Shown piece by piece: positions 39,601 through 50,910 of a stretch of DNA of 64,000 nucleotides; within the stretch, counting starts at the first letter, position 1, and each line of letters starts with the position of its first letter. The DNA lies in the NCBI RefSeq assembly GCF_902652985.1, contig NC_047021.1, forward strand, positions 43,958,001 to 44,022,000, given 5' to 3'. The notes beneath the pieces are model-generated. The model was not told where the DNA came from, ran no database searches, and saw nothing but the letters and a program-made list of their open reading frames with translations. Both the position numbers and the translations under genes were made by a program. This stretch comes from Pecten maximus. Its lineage: Eukaryota.

Positions 39601-42600
39601 TTGCTACCAGCATCCCATCACTACTTTTTGTAGGTAAATAACTCAGTGTAATATGACAATAATACCTACCCCATAGTCGAGGTTTCATGATAAGATTCAC
39701 CGTCTCCTCCCACTCACTGTTAAGTACCGCCCTGTAAAATAAACGTCATTATCTTGTATCCAAGTCGTGATTATAATACTTTTAGTAGTCAATCTTATCT
39801 CTCATCAAAGGAATCCAAACTTCTCTGATTCTCAATCTTTTAAGACAAGTGTAAAAGAATCCACGTGTCTGGATTGCTGTGAATTTGTTGATTTTCAGGA
39901 ACGATTATTTTAATTCAAATGACTTATTGGTAATCGGGTAAATCATTGCCAAAATACAATTCCAGCCGGATCCTGGCACCCACAATTGTAAAATCGTTTT
40001 GTTCTGAGTTGTAAAATTCATAATTACATTTCTTGTAATTACATTACACTGAGCACAATAATATCAATTCTATTTTGAATGATTCAAACAGTTATTAACT
40101 TTTTCTGAATTTTTATCGCTGAGTTTGTAACCGCCCATACTATACATACCTTCCTATATGGTACGTGGGAATGGTTGTGGTGCCGAATCTCTGCATTCCA
40201 AAGTAGTTGATGAAGCCGTAGTCACGAAGAGAGGCCAGTGATTGGTTGATCTTCGTGTCGTCAGGCTCGGTTACATTTCTGTCACAACAAAACAAGAGGT
40301 CAATGGGACCTGTACTGCATAAACATGTACTAGATCTATTCTACAAAATGAAAATAAATTAAAAAATAATTAAACACTAGATTTTCTTCTGAGGAATTTT
40401 GATGGCAAAATCTTTGTATACATTAGCATGTTATTAAGATCCTGACAGTTCCTCTGACTGCAAGACACAAGGGTTATCCTCATACACATTCTGATTACCT
40501 CCCTTGATCTGGCACCATTGGCCCCTGGTCAAATCCATGTATATTAAGAGTTAAATAAGAATGTATGCAGACTGTGCATATCGTCTTACATTTTTGTATC
40601 TTTAATTTATATATATATGTATACAAGTACATGTATACTGGTAGGATCATTGTTAAAATTACGTAAGTATCAACTTAAATATCTTACTGCAGGACAATTA
40701 AAAACTTGTTTGTCTTAATGTAGGACAATTAAAAACTTGTTTATCTTATCGTAAGACAATTGAAAACTTGTTTATCTTAATGTAGGACAATTAAAAACTT
40801 GTTTATCTTACCGTAGGACAATTAAAAACTTGTTTATCTTACTGTAGGACAATTAAAAACTTGTTTATCTTACCATAGGACAATTAAAAACTTGTTTATC
40901 TTACGTAGGACAATTAAAAACTTGTTTATCTTACTGTAGGACAATTAAAAACTTGTTTATCTTACCATAGGACAATTAAAAACTTGTCTATCTTACCATA
41001 GGACAATTGAAAACTTGTTTATCTTATCGTAAGACAATTGAAAACTTGTTTATCTTAATGTAGGACAATTAAAAACTTGTTTATCTTACCGTAGGACAAT
41101 TAAAAACTTATTTATCTTACCATAGGACAATTAAAAACTTGTTTATCTTACTGTAGGACAATTAAAAACTTGTTTATCTTACTGTAAGACAATCTAAAAC
41201 TTGTTTATCTTACCGTAGAACAATTGAAAACTTATTTATCTTACCGTAGGACAATTGAAAACTTGTTTCCACATATCTGCCCAAGCCGCAGAGGTTTGTC
41301 CACATATCTACAATCACAAGCAAGTTTCATGGTAAACAGTTCAATTTCTTCGTGATTACTAAAATGGCTGCTGCATCACTTTTACATGTAACACTATTGT
41401 GGGTTAAAGAATCGTAGAATCTGTTAAAATTCGGAAATGTGTTAAAATTTGAGTGTGTCAAATAAAGCACGCCTACAGTAGCCCTTTCAGTGTTTTTCTA
41501 TTGGATCGTTAAAACAGTCTTTGTCTGTTTAAATTAGGAAAATAAAGTTATATTTTCTTAAAACGGATAATATCTTTTTTTAAAAATTCATTTTGTGAAG
41601 ATAAGCAATCTGATTAAAATTATCTGTTTATGGCTCCGTTGACTTGGTACTACGCCTGAACATCTGAATGTGCCCCAATCAGGGTCACGTCCTGGTGACC
41701 TTTAGAGTATCCAATCAGGGGGACGCTGGCAAAAACCACGACAGCGAATCGGAATACCATAGCTGGTAGCTAAATGCAGAGGGGTATCAAACGTAGTCTG
41801 TTTTCAAAACAAATATGGTTATCTGATTGGTCAAAATTTAATGAGTATTTACAACTTGAAAGGTCACCTGGACGTGACCCTGTTAGGGGCACATTCAGAT
41901 GTTCAAGCGTAATACGAAGTCAATGGAGCCATGAACAGATGGTTTTAATCAGATTGTGAAGATAAGTCACTTTTTATCTCGAGAAAACAGTCTGTCTCAG
42001 ATGTAAAATCCCTGACATTACCTGTAGTCTCCCAGTTTCATATTCCAAAGCGTTGGACTGACAGCTTCCAGTTTTTCTATCCGTAATCTGAAAGGAACAT
42101 TTACATGTACGTGAATTGGATTTGTTCTTGTATACAAATCATATGGTGTAATTTATCAGTAGTAAACATAGAAAAAAATAACTTGTTCACAATTACATTG
42201 TATAACATCAAAAAGATCCATGATGACCATTTATGATCTTAATTATCAAGTGAATATCCTATTAGTTGCCTGATCTGCAATATCCAAAATACATTCATGG
42301 TCCGTGTTTTAAGCAGGTTTAAAAAATGGGCGCTCAATTCATGGTCCATGTTTTAAGCAGGTTTAAAAAATGGGCGCTCAGATATGATTCTGAATCTTAT
42401 TAAAAAAAAACAGAAAATGTCAATAAGACATAAATGCTCCTGCTGCCACTTGACACCCTGAAACAAAATTGTTGAGGATTGCATCAGCAGTTTATGGCGG
42501 GGGCATAAAAAAAAGAAATATATCACAACACACACAAGACCTTATGAGCTGCATCTGACAGATCAAAGTACCTCAATTCAACGGAGACTTACTTGAAAGC

Positions 42601-45600
42601 GGTAATTTCTTGTGTAGTTTTGGCCCGTCTGTCCTTGGTTCCACCATACTGGAAGATTCCCTTGTTGACACTAAATCAGACAAGCAGTGACATGTCAATA
42701 TTCCTCATCATTCATATTGGTCAATTAACGTCTACAACTCCTCTGTACCAGTCTAGCATAAAATGGATACTGTAAAGTCACTTAATTTTATTGTAGTCCG
42801 AATGGGATATGAATGAATCTACATTCGTTTGTGTAAATTCTGGTTGAACATTGCACATATTTGGAGATGTATACAGTTGTTGAATGAAATATTTGCGATT
42901 TCTTGAAAATAACACTGCATAATTATATCATTTACGGTTAAAATTTCTTAACAATCAGCTCAACATGACATAAGCTAGTTAGGGCTGTTCTAGGAAAACT
43001 TATATGGAACGGGGGGACAGTACTTTAATAAAATCACATCGATGGATTGGTGGGGTTTGAAATAAATTTATTCTGGGTGTATCTGATATTTTTGTACCAT
43101 TTTTTACATTAAAATTGCTTCTATACCAGGGTACCGTTCACAAAAAACTGGATATAAGGGAGGGTCATACAAATTTTAAATCCCCCGTCCCCTGTGTGTT
43201 TTCCTGGAACAGCCCTTAGGGCTATTCCAGTAAAATATCTACCCCACCCCAGGACTCCAGGTTTGGTTAAGGGGTACCACCTATAGAATATATTTAACAA
43301 ATTACAAAGAAGTAATAGTAAGGAAATCCAACCACGGATAAAAGTGATTTATTTTGGAGTCTTGGGGTCAGGTAGACATTTTAATGGAAAAGCCCTTATT
43401 GTTTTACCACCTTCATGACTCCACCTACTGAGCATGACAGAATCAATACAACTTGATCCTTACAACGAAAAGTATTCACACAGAAACCTGTAACAGACAC
43501 TGGAGGACTCGTCCCTGACCAACTTCTACTCAACCAGGCTTATTGAGTCTGAGCAAGAAAAACTTTTTTCTCTGAAAACTTGGCGCTGACACAGGAATAT
43601 GATGAAACTCTCATCATTTACAGGAAGGCCTGAGAGTGAACCATGCAGCTTTCTCATATACTCCACAGGGAGATCCTGTGGTTGCTCGGAATCGGATAAA
43701 TTGATGTCACATTGGGTAGAGAAAGACAACAGCTGGAATGTGCTATATTGCCAATCATAATAGTGTAACGTCATCATTTATGTAGTGTAACCACGTCACA
43801 AACTGATGACATCATTAATTACGATGCACATTTGATGGGATGTTGATGATGGTGAGATGGTTTCACAACACTTTACATTCCGTTACTTTTTTAAGTAGAG
43901 TTGTATGTGAGAAAAATAATCAAACATGGGCCTGTGCCATGAATATGTAACCCTGGTAAATACTAGCTGCAATATACCGCTCGGCTAGAGAGATCTTCTC
44001 TTTAGCTCGATCGGTTGAGTGTAAGACTAGTAAGCCAGAGGTCCCGGGTTCGATCCCTAGCGGAGGCAGTGATTTAAATTTAATTAATCATGCGCTCTGT
44101 TACATTGGCGCCCACGTAGGGACTCGGGAATGATACTCATCGCTGCTTGCGAAAGCATCGCTGTTACCCCTGGAAACTCGAGGACGAGTTCTTTCCTGGA
44201 GGGGGAGTATGTAACCCTGGTAAATACTAGCCGCAATATACCGCTCGGCTAGAGAGATCTTCTCTTTAGCTCGATCGGTTGAGCGGGAGAATAGTAAGCC
44301 AGAGGTCCTGGGTTCGATCCCTAGCGGAGGCAGTGATTTGAAATTAATTAATCATGCACTCTGTTACAGACAGGGATATCTCAACCCTTGTGTAAGATTT
44401 TGGCCATTCAGCACTTTACAAACCTCATGATGACCAGCCAAACTCTTACATTTGGGTTGAGATGTCCCTGTCCACAGCACGGGCCAATGTAAGATTCTAT
44501 TAATCTAAATCTCTCCCATCTTCGCTAGCCACGGCTTCTGATTATGTTACACTCCACGAACCCTTGGCAGATATAGTTGTGTTTAAACTGTCGCGCCCTG
44601 AAATCCCAGGTTATCCAATCAAATCACGTTTTACATTCTGGCTTGGTTTCCCAGTAAACAAAAATACAGAGACATACAATCTTTGGGGAAACATTCGCAG
44701 TGTTTGATAAATCCATTTAAGTTATTGATCACATATCTCATCGAAATGACACAAGCCTCCATGTGTGTTTGTTAATATCACTGATGAAGTAAATTGGTAA
44801 CGCTCGTTGTGATTGGTCGAAAATTTCATGCGTAAAGGGTGGTAATTTTGAATCTCGGCTAGAGGGCAAGAACTGTCGCCTATATCTGCCAAGGGTTCGT
44901 GGAGTGTAACGTAATCAGAAGCCTTGGCTAGCGAAGATGAAGCGAAGATGAATCTATCCATACAGTTGAGACAGATGCATTACTTACTGTAACATATGAG
45001 CAAGTTTAAAGATAGCATCCATAGTGTCTTTGTTTTCCTTGTAGAGGGTGAAGCGACAGTAATCACCTTGTTCACCAGACCAGCGTCGTTTTCGATGATG
45101 CTTCCCATGGCGATGACCCGGATTACTTTTACCTGAAATCAAAAACATGAAACTACTCTTTAAATCTGTATCTTAGAACAAAGATGAGATGTCTAGAGGA
45201 AAACTCAAAAGAAATAAATATATGAAAATTTCACTGTGTTGAATTGAAGAGGAAAACAACTTGATATCTAAATGAACCCCCAATTATTATATAAATGGCT
45301 ATACTGTATTTGACCCAATATACCCAGTGTGCACTTACAAAAACACAAAAGGAAGCTCTTACTAAAACCATGTAAATTTTCCATATGAAATGAGTGAGAA
45401 AATCTTTTTTTCCATTTATATATACAATGTATATTTTTCATGGTTAAAAGTCTGAAGGTTACATTAGCAGATTAGTAACATAAAGATCTATTTATATGTT
45501 TCAATTATAGCGCACCTGTCCACTTTTCCTGAAAAAAGGTGGGGTGAACTTATAGGGGCAAATGTGAATATTAAGTGAAATATGGTATATATATTTGTCA

Positions 45601-48600
45601 CATTGTGTTCATGAAACTAAGGCACTGTGCATGGTGCATGATTAAATAATTATATATCATCCCCAACAAATCAGGACGTTCCCTTGACCAACACCTATTT
45701 ACATACCTAGTGTTAGTTAATATATACTATTAAGCCTGAGTACAGATCTCTGTATACTCTTTATTTGACAATATATGAAATAACCCTATCCAAGGGTTCA
45801 TGAAATATCTTGTGCATGACCTTTGACCTATAACCTGGATCGATAACAGCAAAATCTTCTCAGGTGTAGACTTTCATGGCATGATGTTTTGGTAAGAATA
45901 AGAACTTAATCTGACCCGAGGGTTCATGACAAAACTTTTACACAAGCTTTTCATGGACAATTCATGCACACACAGTGATTATACTAAATACCCTGTTTAG
46001 TGGAAGGTAAAGTCACATAAGTTAAATTAAAAAAAAAAAAAAAAATTATCCACAGTAGTATCTTTGTTATATAGTGTAGAAGACAATAAGACAAGATAGG
46101 TTCAGATCATAATCACCTTTCTTAGGAGGAGGTATTTTTTTCACTTGAATGACTTTCTGTCCATCCACATCCATAGTGGTACTTTCCAGGTTAGGAAAGC
46201 ATGTCCTTATGGCCCTATGAATGCCACATCTCTTTTCCTTGTCATCACCTGCCTGTAAGTCAATATTTCATGGTTAATGTATGGTATGAGGTTCCAGGTT
46301 AGTTTGACAGAATCTGTTGTTAATATTTGTGATTTGATATCTGGTTCAAGAATTTACGGTAAATTGAATTGACCCAGATAAAATTGACATTTATGTTTGA
46401 ACCTTCTCTTGTTAAACTGGTACGCACCTGAAGGTTGACTGTCAGAGATGTGTCTGTAGAGAGAATGAGTTTGTTGAGTTCATCTACTTCAGCATCAGGA
46501 AGCTGACTGCACTTAATGGGTTCAACAGGCTTTACTTCTGTCTCAACCTACAAGACAAAACTCAAAAATAGCAAATACAATACTGATGACAATAGCAAAT
46601 CGTAAATAGTAGCTAAATATTAAACTAATGACTGGGACAATAGCAATTAGCAAATAACTAAATAGCAGCTGACGATTAAACTGATGACCGAGACAGCAAA
46701 TTGCTAAATAGTAGCTAAATATTAAACTAATTACTGGGACAATAGCAATTAGCAAATAGCTAAATAGCAGCTGAAAATTAAACTGATGATCAAGACAATC
46801 GCAAATTGCTAAATAGTAGCTGAATATTAAACTAATGACTGGGATAATAGCAAATAGCTAAATAATAGCTGAAAATTAAACTGAAGACAATAGCAAATCG
46901 CTTCATATTGTCATGCTTGTATGATGACTTTGTGTTTACCCATGATAATTTCTGTATAGTATACTATTTAGATCACAGAACATGTATAAGCATAACTGAT
47001 TTCTGACCTTTTCAACTTTGACCTCTGAACTAAGACTGCATTAGAGACTTCTAACTTTGTAAGCCTTGACATTTGTACATAATATATTTAAATACATTAA
47101 AACATTAGTGATTTGTGACCTTTTCAACCATGACCGTGTTTATACTTAGACCACATAAGTGACCTTCAAACTTGTCAACTTTGACCTCTGTACCTATAGA
47201 CCACATTACATGCACAGTATATGTGACCTCTGACCTTGTCAACCATGACCTCTGTACTTGTATTAGACCACATGTACGGTACATGTATTGTATGGGTTAT
47301 CTCTGACCTTTTCAACCTTGACCTCTGTACTTACACTACCGTACACGTAAAGTATGGGTACATTCTGACCTTGTCAACCTTGACCTCTTTACTTAGACCA
47401 GAGTATATGTACAGTATAAGTGACCTTCAAACTTGTCAACTTTGACCTTGGACCACAGTACAAGTACAGTATGGGTGATCTCTGACCTTGTCAACCATGA
47501 CCTCTGTACTCGGACCACAGTACATGTACAGTATGAGTGATCTCTGACCTTGTCAACCTTGACCTTGGACCACAGTACAAGTACAGTATGGATGATCTCT
47601 GACCTTGTCAACCTTGACCTCTGTTCTTTGACCACAGTTGGACCACAGTTGGACCACAGTACAAGTACAGTATGGATGATCTCTGACCTTGTCAACCTTG
47701 ACCTCTGTTCTTGGACCACAGTTGGACCACAGTTGGACCACAGTACAAGTACAGTATGGGTGATCTGTGACCTTGTCAACCTCATTCACCTGAATTTCTG
47801 TTGGTGGAGAATTCTTGGTGGTTTCTGTATCTTGTACCGAGTTGGCCGTTTCTGTATCTGGTACTGACTTGTCGGTCTCTGTATCTGGTACTGACTTTGT
47901 GGACAAAGTTTTCAGATGAACTACTTCTCCCTTTTCATTTACTTCATTCACAATGAAATCTGAGAATCTGAAAGATGAACATGTTGTTTCTTGTTTTGAA
48001 TATGACCTTTGCTTTTCAGTTAAGAATACAAAGTCTGACTATGTATCCTTATTTAAAAACTGAGAGATCAGGACAAAAATCTCCTAAATATAGGAAATTA
48101 ATTGATAGAAGCTACTTGCATTGTTAACCAGATCCTGTATGGACACTTGTATAAATTTAAACCATACCCTGTATAAACTGAACACTAGTAATTTATAAAC
48201 CAGACCATGTATAATTTTAACACCTGTATAAACCAGACCCTGTATAAACTGAACACTAGTAATTTGTAAACCAGACCATGTATAATTTTAACACCTGTAT
48301 AAACCAGACCCTGTATAAACTGAATACTTGTGTAAACCAAACCCTGTATAATCTTAACACCTGCAGGGCATCCAGTTGACCCTTGACTTTTAGCAATTTC
48401 AGAAACCAAATCACCATTTCTCAGAAATATGAAGGGTCAAAACATGTCAAATAGACATGCTCCTCCAATCTCAAGAGTCAAATCTGATTTTGGAGAGTCA
48501 AAAACATACTCTCAAGGGTATACTGGATGCCCTGACCTGTATAAACCAAACCCTGTATAAACCAGACCCTGTCTAAACATGGCACCTATAATAAATCTTA

Positions 48601-48842
48601 TAAACAGTGATATTAAACGTGTTACTCTACCTCTGTTTTATGATGCCTTGAAAACCTGGTAAATCACTAATGAAGGCCAGTATTCCGACATCTGTCTCTT
48701 TAAAATGTTCCACTTCTTCAATATCATCTTTTGAATTCTGAACCTCCTCTGATTTGATGGCATCTTTGGAAGCAACACCGTTTCCATTGCCCTCTTCAAA
48801 TTCCAGCTTCATTTTCTTTTCTGCTGGCTCCTGTCCAGCCAT
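33618..48842 (-). CDS. PUS7: Pseudouridine synthase 7 (TruD family), 677 aa, 16 coding exons
   Basis: Exons (minus): 48842-48631, 47967-47790, 46547-46428, 46252-46117, 45132-44988, 42670-42593, 42087-42022, 41307-41245, 40278-40150, 39731-39670, 38803-38649, 38125-37960, 37175-37041, 36140-36071, 34974-34823 and 33784-33618. All are GT-AG with consistent phases, 2034 nt in total. Motifs: [33 protein letters not shown], catalytic [60 protein letters not shown] and [13 protein letters not shown]. Confidence 0.96.
34065..34296 (-). mobile_element. Full-length V-domain tRNA-derived SINE
   Basis: The minus strand reads GGGGCCGCGGTGGCCGAGTGGTTAAG (A box), GGTTGAAACC (B box), GGTTTTTCTCCGGGTACTCCAGCTTTCCTCC (V domain), then a (CAAA)n tail. 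Confidence 0.92.
35505..36008. repeat. 21-bp G-rich minisatellite, ~23 copies, PUS7 intron 14
   Basis: The core AACGATGGGCAGTGGGGAAAG is separated by TGTCC(A/G) or (T/C)GACCT. The translation repeats MGSGES(V/D)xT, so the true period is 27 nt (~18 copies) around a 21-nt invariant core. Confidence 0.9.
36545..36785. repeat. Degenerate 18-bp minisatellite
   Basis: Unit AAGCCCATGTCTGGTAAT. Confidence 0.88.
38188..38372 (-). mobile_element. 5'-truncated V-domain SINE
   Basis: Homologous to 34065-34260. Confidence 0.85.
38962..39250 (-). mobile_element. CORE-type tRNA-derived SINE
   Basis: The minus strand has head GGGGCCACGATAGCTCAGTCGGTAAGAG, CORE-like GGGCAAGACACTTTAACC and a (CAAA)n tail. 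Confidence 0.85.
40681..41268 (-). repeat. 31-bp minisatellite (19 copies) built from the PUS7 exon 8 3' end plus donor site
   Basis: The minus-strand unit is AAACAAGTTTT(C/T)AATTGTCCTACG|GTAAGAT. The first copy is the real exon end (NKFSIVLR). Confidence 0.95.
41606..41956. mobile_element. Mutator-like MITE (~105-bp TIRs, 10-bp TSD)
   Basis: Ends are CAATCTGATTAAAA... and ...TTTTAATCAGATTG. TGAAGATAAG is duplicated at 41596-41605 and 41957-41966. Confidence 0.9.
42982..43395. mobile_element. Two adjacent PIF/Harbinger (Tourist-like) MITEs: 42982-43215 and 43219-43395
   Basis: TIRs are GGGCTGTTC..GGAAAAC/GTTTTCC..GAACAGCCC and GGGCTATTCCA/TGGAAAAGCCC. TTA occurs at 42979, 43216 and 43396. 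A fragment of the second family is at ~37762-37840. Confidence 0.85.
43925..44490. mobile_element. Palindromic MITE interrupted by the TRIM at 43946-44368
   Basis: The left arm ACATGGGCCTGTGCCATG..[TRIM]..GACAGGGATATCTCAACCC mirrors the right arm GGGTTGAGATGTCCCTGTCCACAGCACGGGCCAATGT. Confidence 0.75.
43946..44368 (+). mobile_element. TRIM (miniature non-autonomous LTR retrotransposon) family 1 with tRNA-like sequence in its LTRs
   Basis: 159-bp LTRs at 43946-44104 and 44210-44368 (TGTAAC...GTTACA, 9 differences). PBS TGGCGCCCACGTAGGG at 44106. PPT GGAGGGGGAG at 44198-44207. A/B boxes TAGCTCGATCGG and GGTTCGATCCC lie inside each LTR. Confidence 0.92.
44517..44950. mobile_element. Mutator-like MITE (~60-bp TIRs, 9-bp TSD)
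   Basis: CATCTTCGCTAGCCACGGCTTCTGATTA...GCAGATATAG is inverted at 44880-44939. The flanks are AATCTCTCC and AATCTATCC. Confidence 0.85.
46575..46900. repeat. Degenerate tandem repeat next to the PUS7 exon 3 acceptor
   Basis: Recurring CAATAGCAA..GCTAAATAGTAGCT..ATTAAACT blocks. Confidence 0.75.
47000..47782. repeat. Degenerate minisatellite starting at the PUS7 exon 2 donor
   Basis: Recurring CTCTGACCTTGTCAACCTTGACC...GGACCACAGTACAAGTACAGTATGG units of variable length. Confidence 0.85.
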
Positions 48843-49189
48843 CTTGGTGATCTTAAATGCAAAACGTAAAATAATTCCATCAAGAAAAAAAACAATGAAT
48901 ATTATTGGTATACCTTCAATATGAATTCTATAACATATGTCCATATACTAAAAAATATTTCAAGACATTTCTAATAACTTCTAGCATTTTACTTTGAAAA
49001 ATATACATATACATGTACTTGTACAAGTTACATATATACAGAAGAAGGAATAATAAAAAATTTCAGCCCTTGCAGTAAAATAAAATAGTGAGGGAATAAT
49101 ACAATTAATTTATTAAAGGGAATTAGTGATCTTTTGCTCTCTTATATTAGTGGACATCCTATAACTAGGGAGCAGGTGGTTATTAGGTA

Positions 49190-50526
49190 AAGTCAAACTC
49201 CCACCAGCCTACACTAATCACATGACTGTCAAACTCCCACAGGCCTACGCTAATCACATGACTGTCAAACTCCCACAGGCCTACGCTAATCACATGACTG
49301 TCAAACTCCCACCAGCCTACGCTAATCACATGACTGTCAAACTCCCACCAGCCTACGCTAATCACATGACTGTCAAACTCCCACAGGCCTACGCTAATCA
49401 CATGACTGTCAAACTCCCACCAGCCTACGCTAATCACATGACTGTCAAACTCCCACCAGCCTACGCTAATCACATGACTGTCAAACTCCCACAGGCCTAC
49501 GCTAATCACATGACTGTCAAACTCCCACAGGCCTACCCTAATCACATGGCTGTCAAACTACCACAGGCCTACGCTAATCACATGACTGTCAAACTCCCAC
49601 CAGCCTACGCTAATCACATGACTGTCAAACTCCCACCAGCCTACGCTAATCACATGACTGTCAAACTACCACAGGCCTACACTTATCACCTGACTGTCAA
49701 ACTCCCACCAGCCTACGCTAATCACATGACTGTCAAACTCCCACCAGCCTACACTAATCACATGACTGTCAAACTCCCACAGGCCTACACTAATCACATG
49801 ACTGTCAAACTCCCACCAGCCTACGCTAATCACATGACTGTCAAACTCCCGACAGCCTACGCCAATCACATGACTGTCAAACTCCCGACAGCCTACGCCA
49901 ATCACATGACTGTCAAACTCCCACAGGCCTACACTAATCACATGACTGTCAAACTCCCACAGGCCTACACTAATCACATGACTGTCAAACTCCCACCAGC
50001 CTACCCTAATCACATGACTGTCAAACTCCCACCAGCCTACGCCAATCACATGACTGTCAAACTCCCGACAGCCTACGCCAATCACATGACTGTCAAACTC
50101 CCACAGGCCTACACTAATCACATGACTGTCAAACTCCCACCAGCCTACGCTAATCACATGACTGTCAAACTACCACAAGCCTACGCTAATCACATGACTG
50201 TCAAACTCCCACCAGCCTACACTAATCACATGACTGTCAAACTCCCACCAGCCTACACTAATCACATGACTGTCAAACTCCCACAGGCCTACACTAATCA
50301 CATGACTGTCAAACTCCCACAGGCCTACCCTAATCACATGACTGTCAAACTCACACCAGCCTACGCCAATCACATGACTGTCAAACTCCCACAGGCCTAC
50401 CCTAATCACATGACTGTCAAACTCCCGACAGCCTACCCTAATCACATGACTGTCAAACTCCCGACAGCCTACCCTAATCACATGACTATCAAACTCCCAC
50501 CAGCCTACGCTAATCACATGACTATG
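49190..50526. repeat. 36-bp minisatellite, ~37 copies
   Basis: Unit ACTGTCAAACTCCCAC(C/A)(A/G)GCCTAC(G/A/C)CTAATCACATG. Confidence 0.97.
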
Positions 50527-50607
50527 TAATCTCTATATAACAAATGTAATATCTTTTTAATAAATGTATCATATCATTTATCAATGTATGATTTCTCGTA
50601 AGTTTTA

Positions 50608-50730
50608 CTGGAGAGGAAAAAAGCAACAGCCAGACCGGGACTTGAACCTGGGACCACCAAAGTCTAAATGGATACATGTATGGTCACCAGCCCTCAGCCA
50701 AGTCCAATTCTGCTACATTTCTCCCTCTTC
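50608..50730 (-). mobile_element. Degenerate PPT + LTR of TRIM family 2
   Basis: The minus strand reads GAAGAGGGAGAAA-TGTAGCAGAATTGGAC...GGTGACCA...GGTCCCAGGTTCAAGTCCCGGTCTGGC, aligning with the LTR at 50911. Confidence 0.7.
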
Positions 50731-50910
50731 TAACAAATTTTTCAACAAGAAAAAGACAAATGCCAGACTGGGTTTTGAACTCACTCCAACCAAAGTCAGA
50801 CACCCTAACCATTTGAGATAAATACCTGACCACCAACCAACCGATTCCACCCACTCCAGTTATACAATAACAGTAAATCAAATACCCATATCACTATTGA
50901 CCAGTACATA

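Noticed and set aside
43620-43900. RNase P RNA (GGAAGGCCTGAGA resembles CR-I)
   Set aside because: No complementary P4/CR-V segment is found at the expected distance downstream.
48843-48944. N-terminal extension of PUS7 from the ORF track (MDICYRIH...)
   Set aside because: It is AT-rich intron-like sequence upstream of an acceptor at 48852. The ATG at 48842 (AAGATGG) fits better.
49222-50529. 435-aa ORF (MTVKLPPAYANH)n
   Set aside because: It is the translation of a 36-bp tandem repeat whose unit lacks a stop in that frame. It has no unique sequence or splice context and lies antisense in a PUS7 5' intron.
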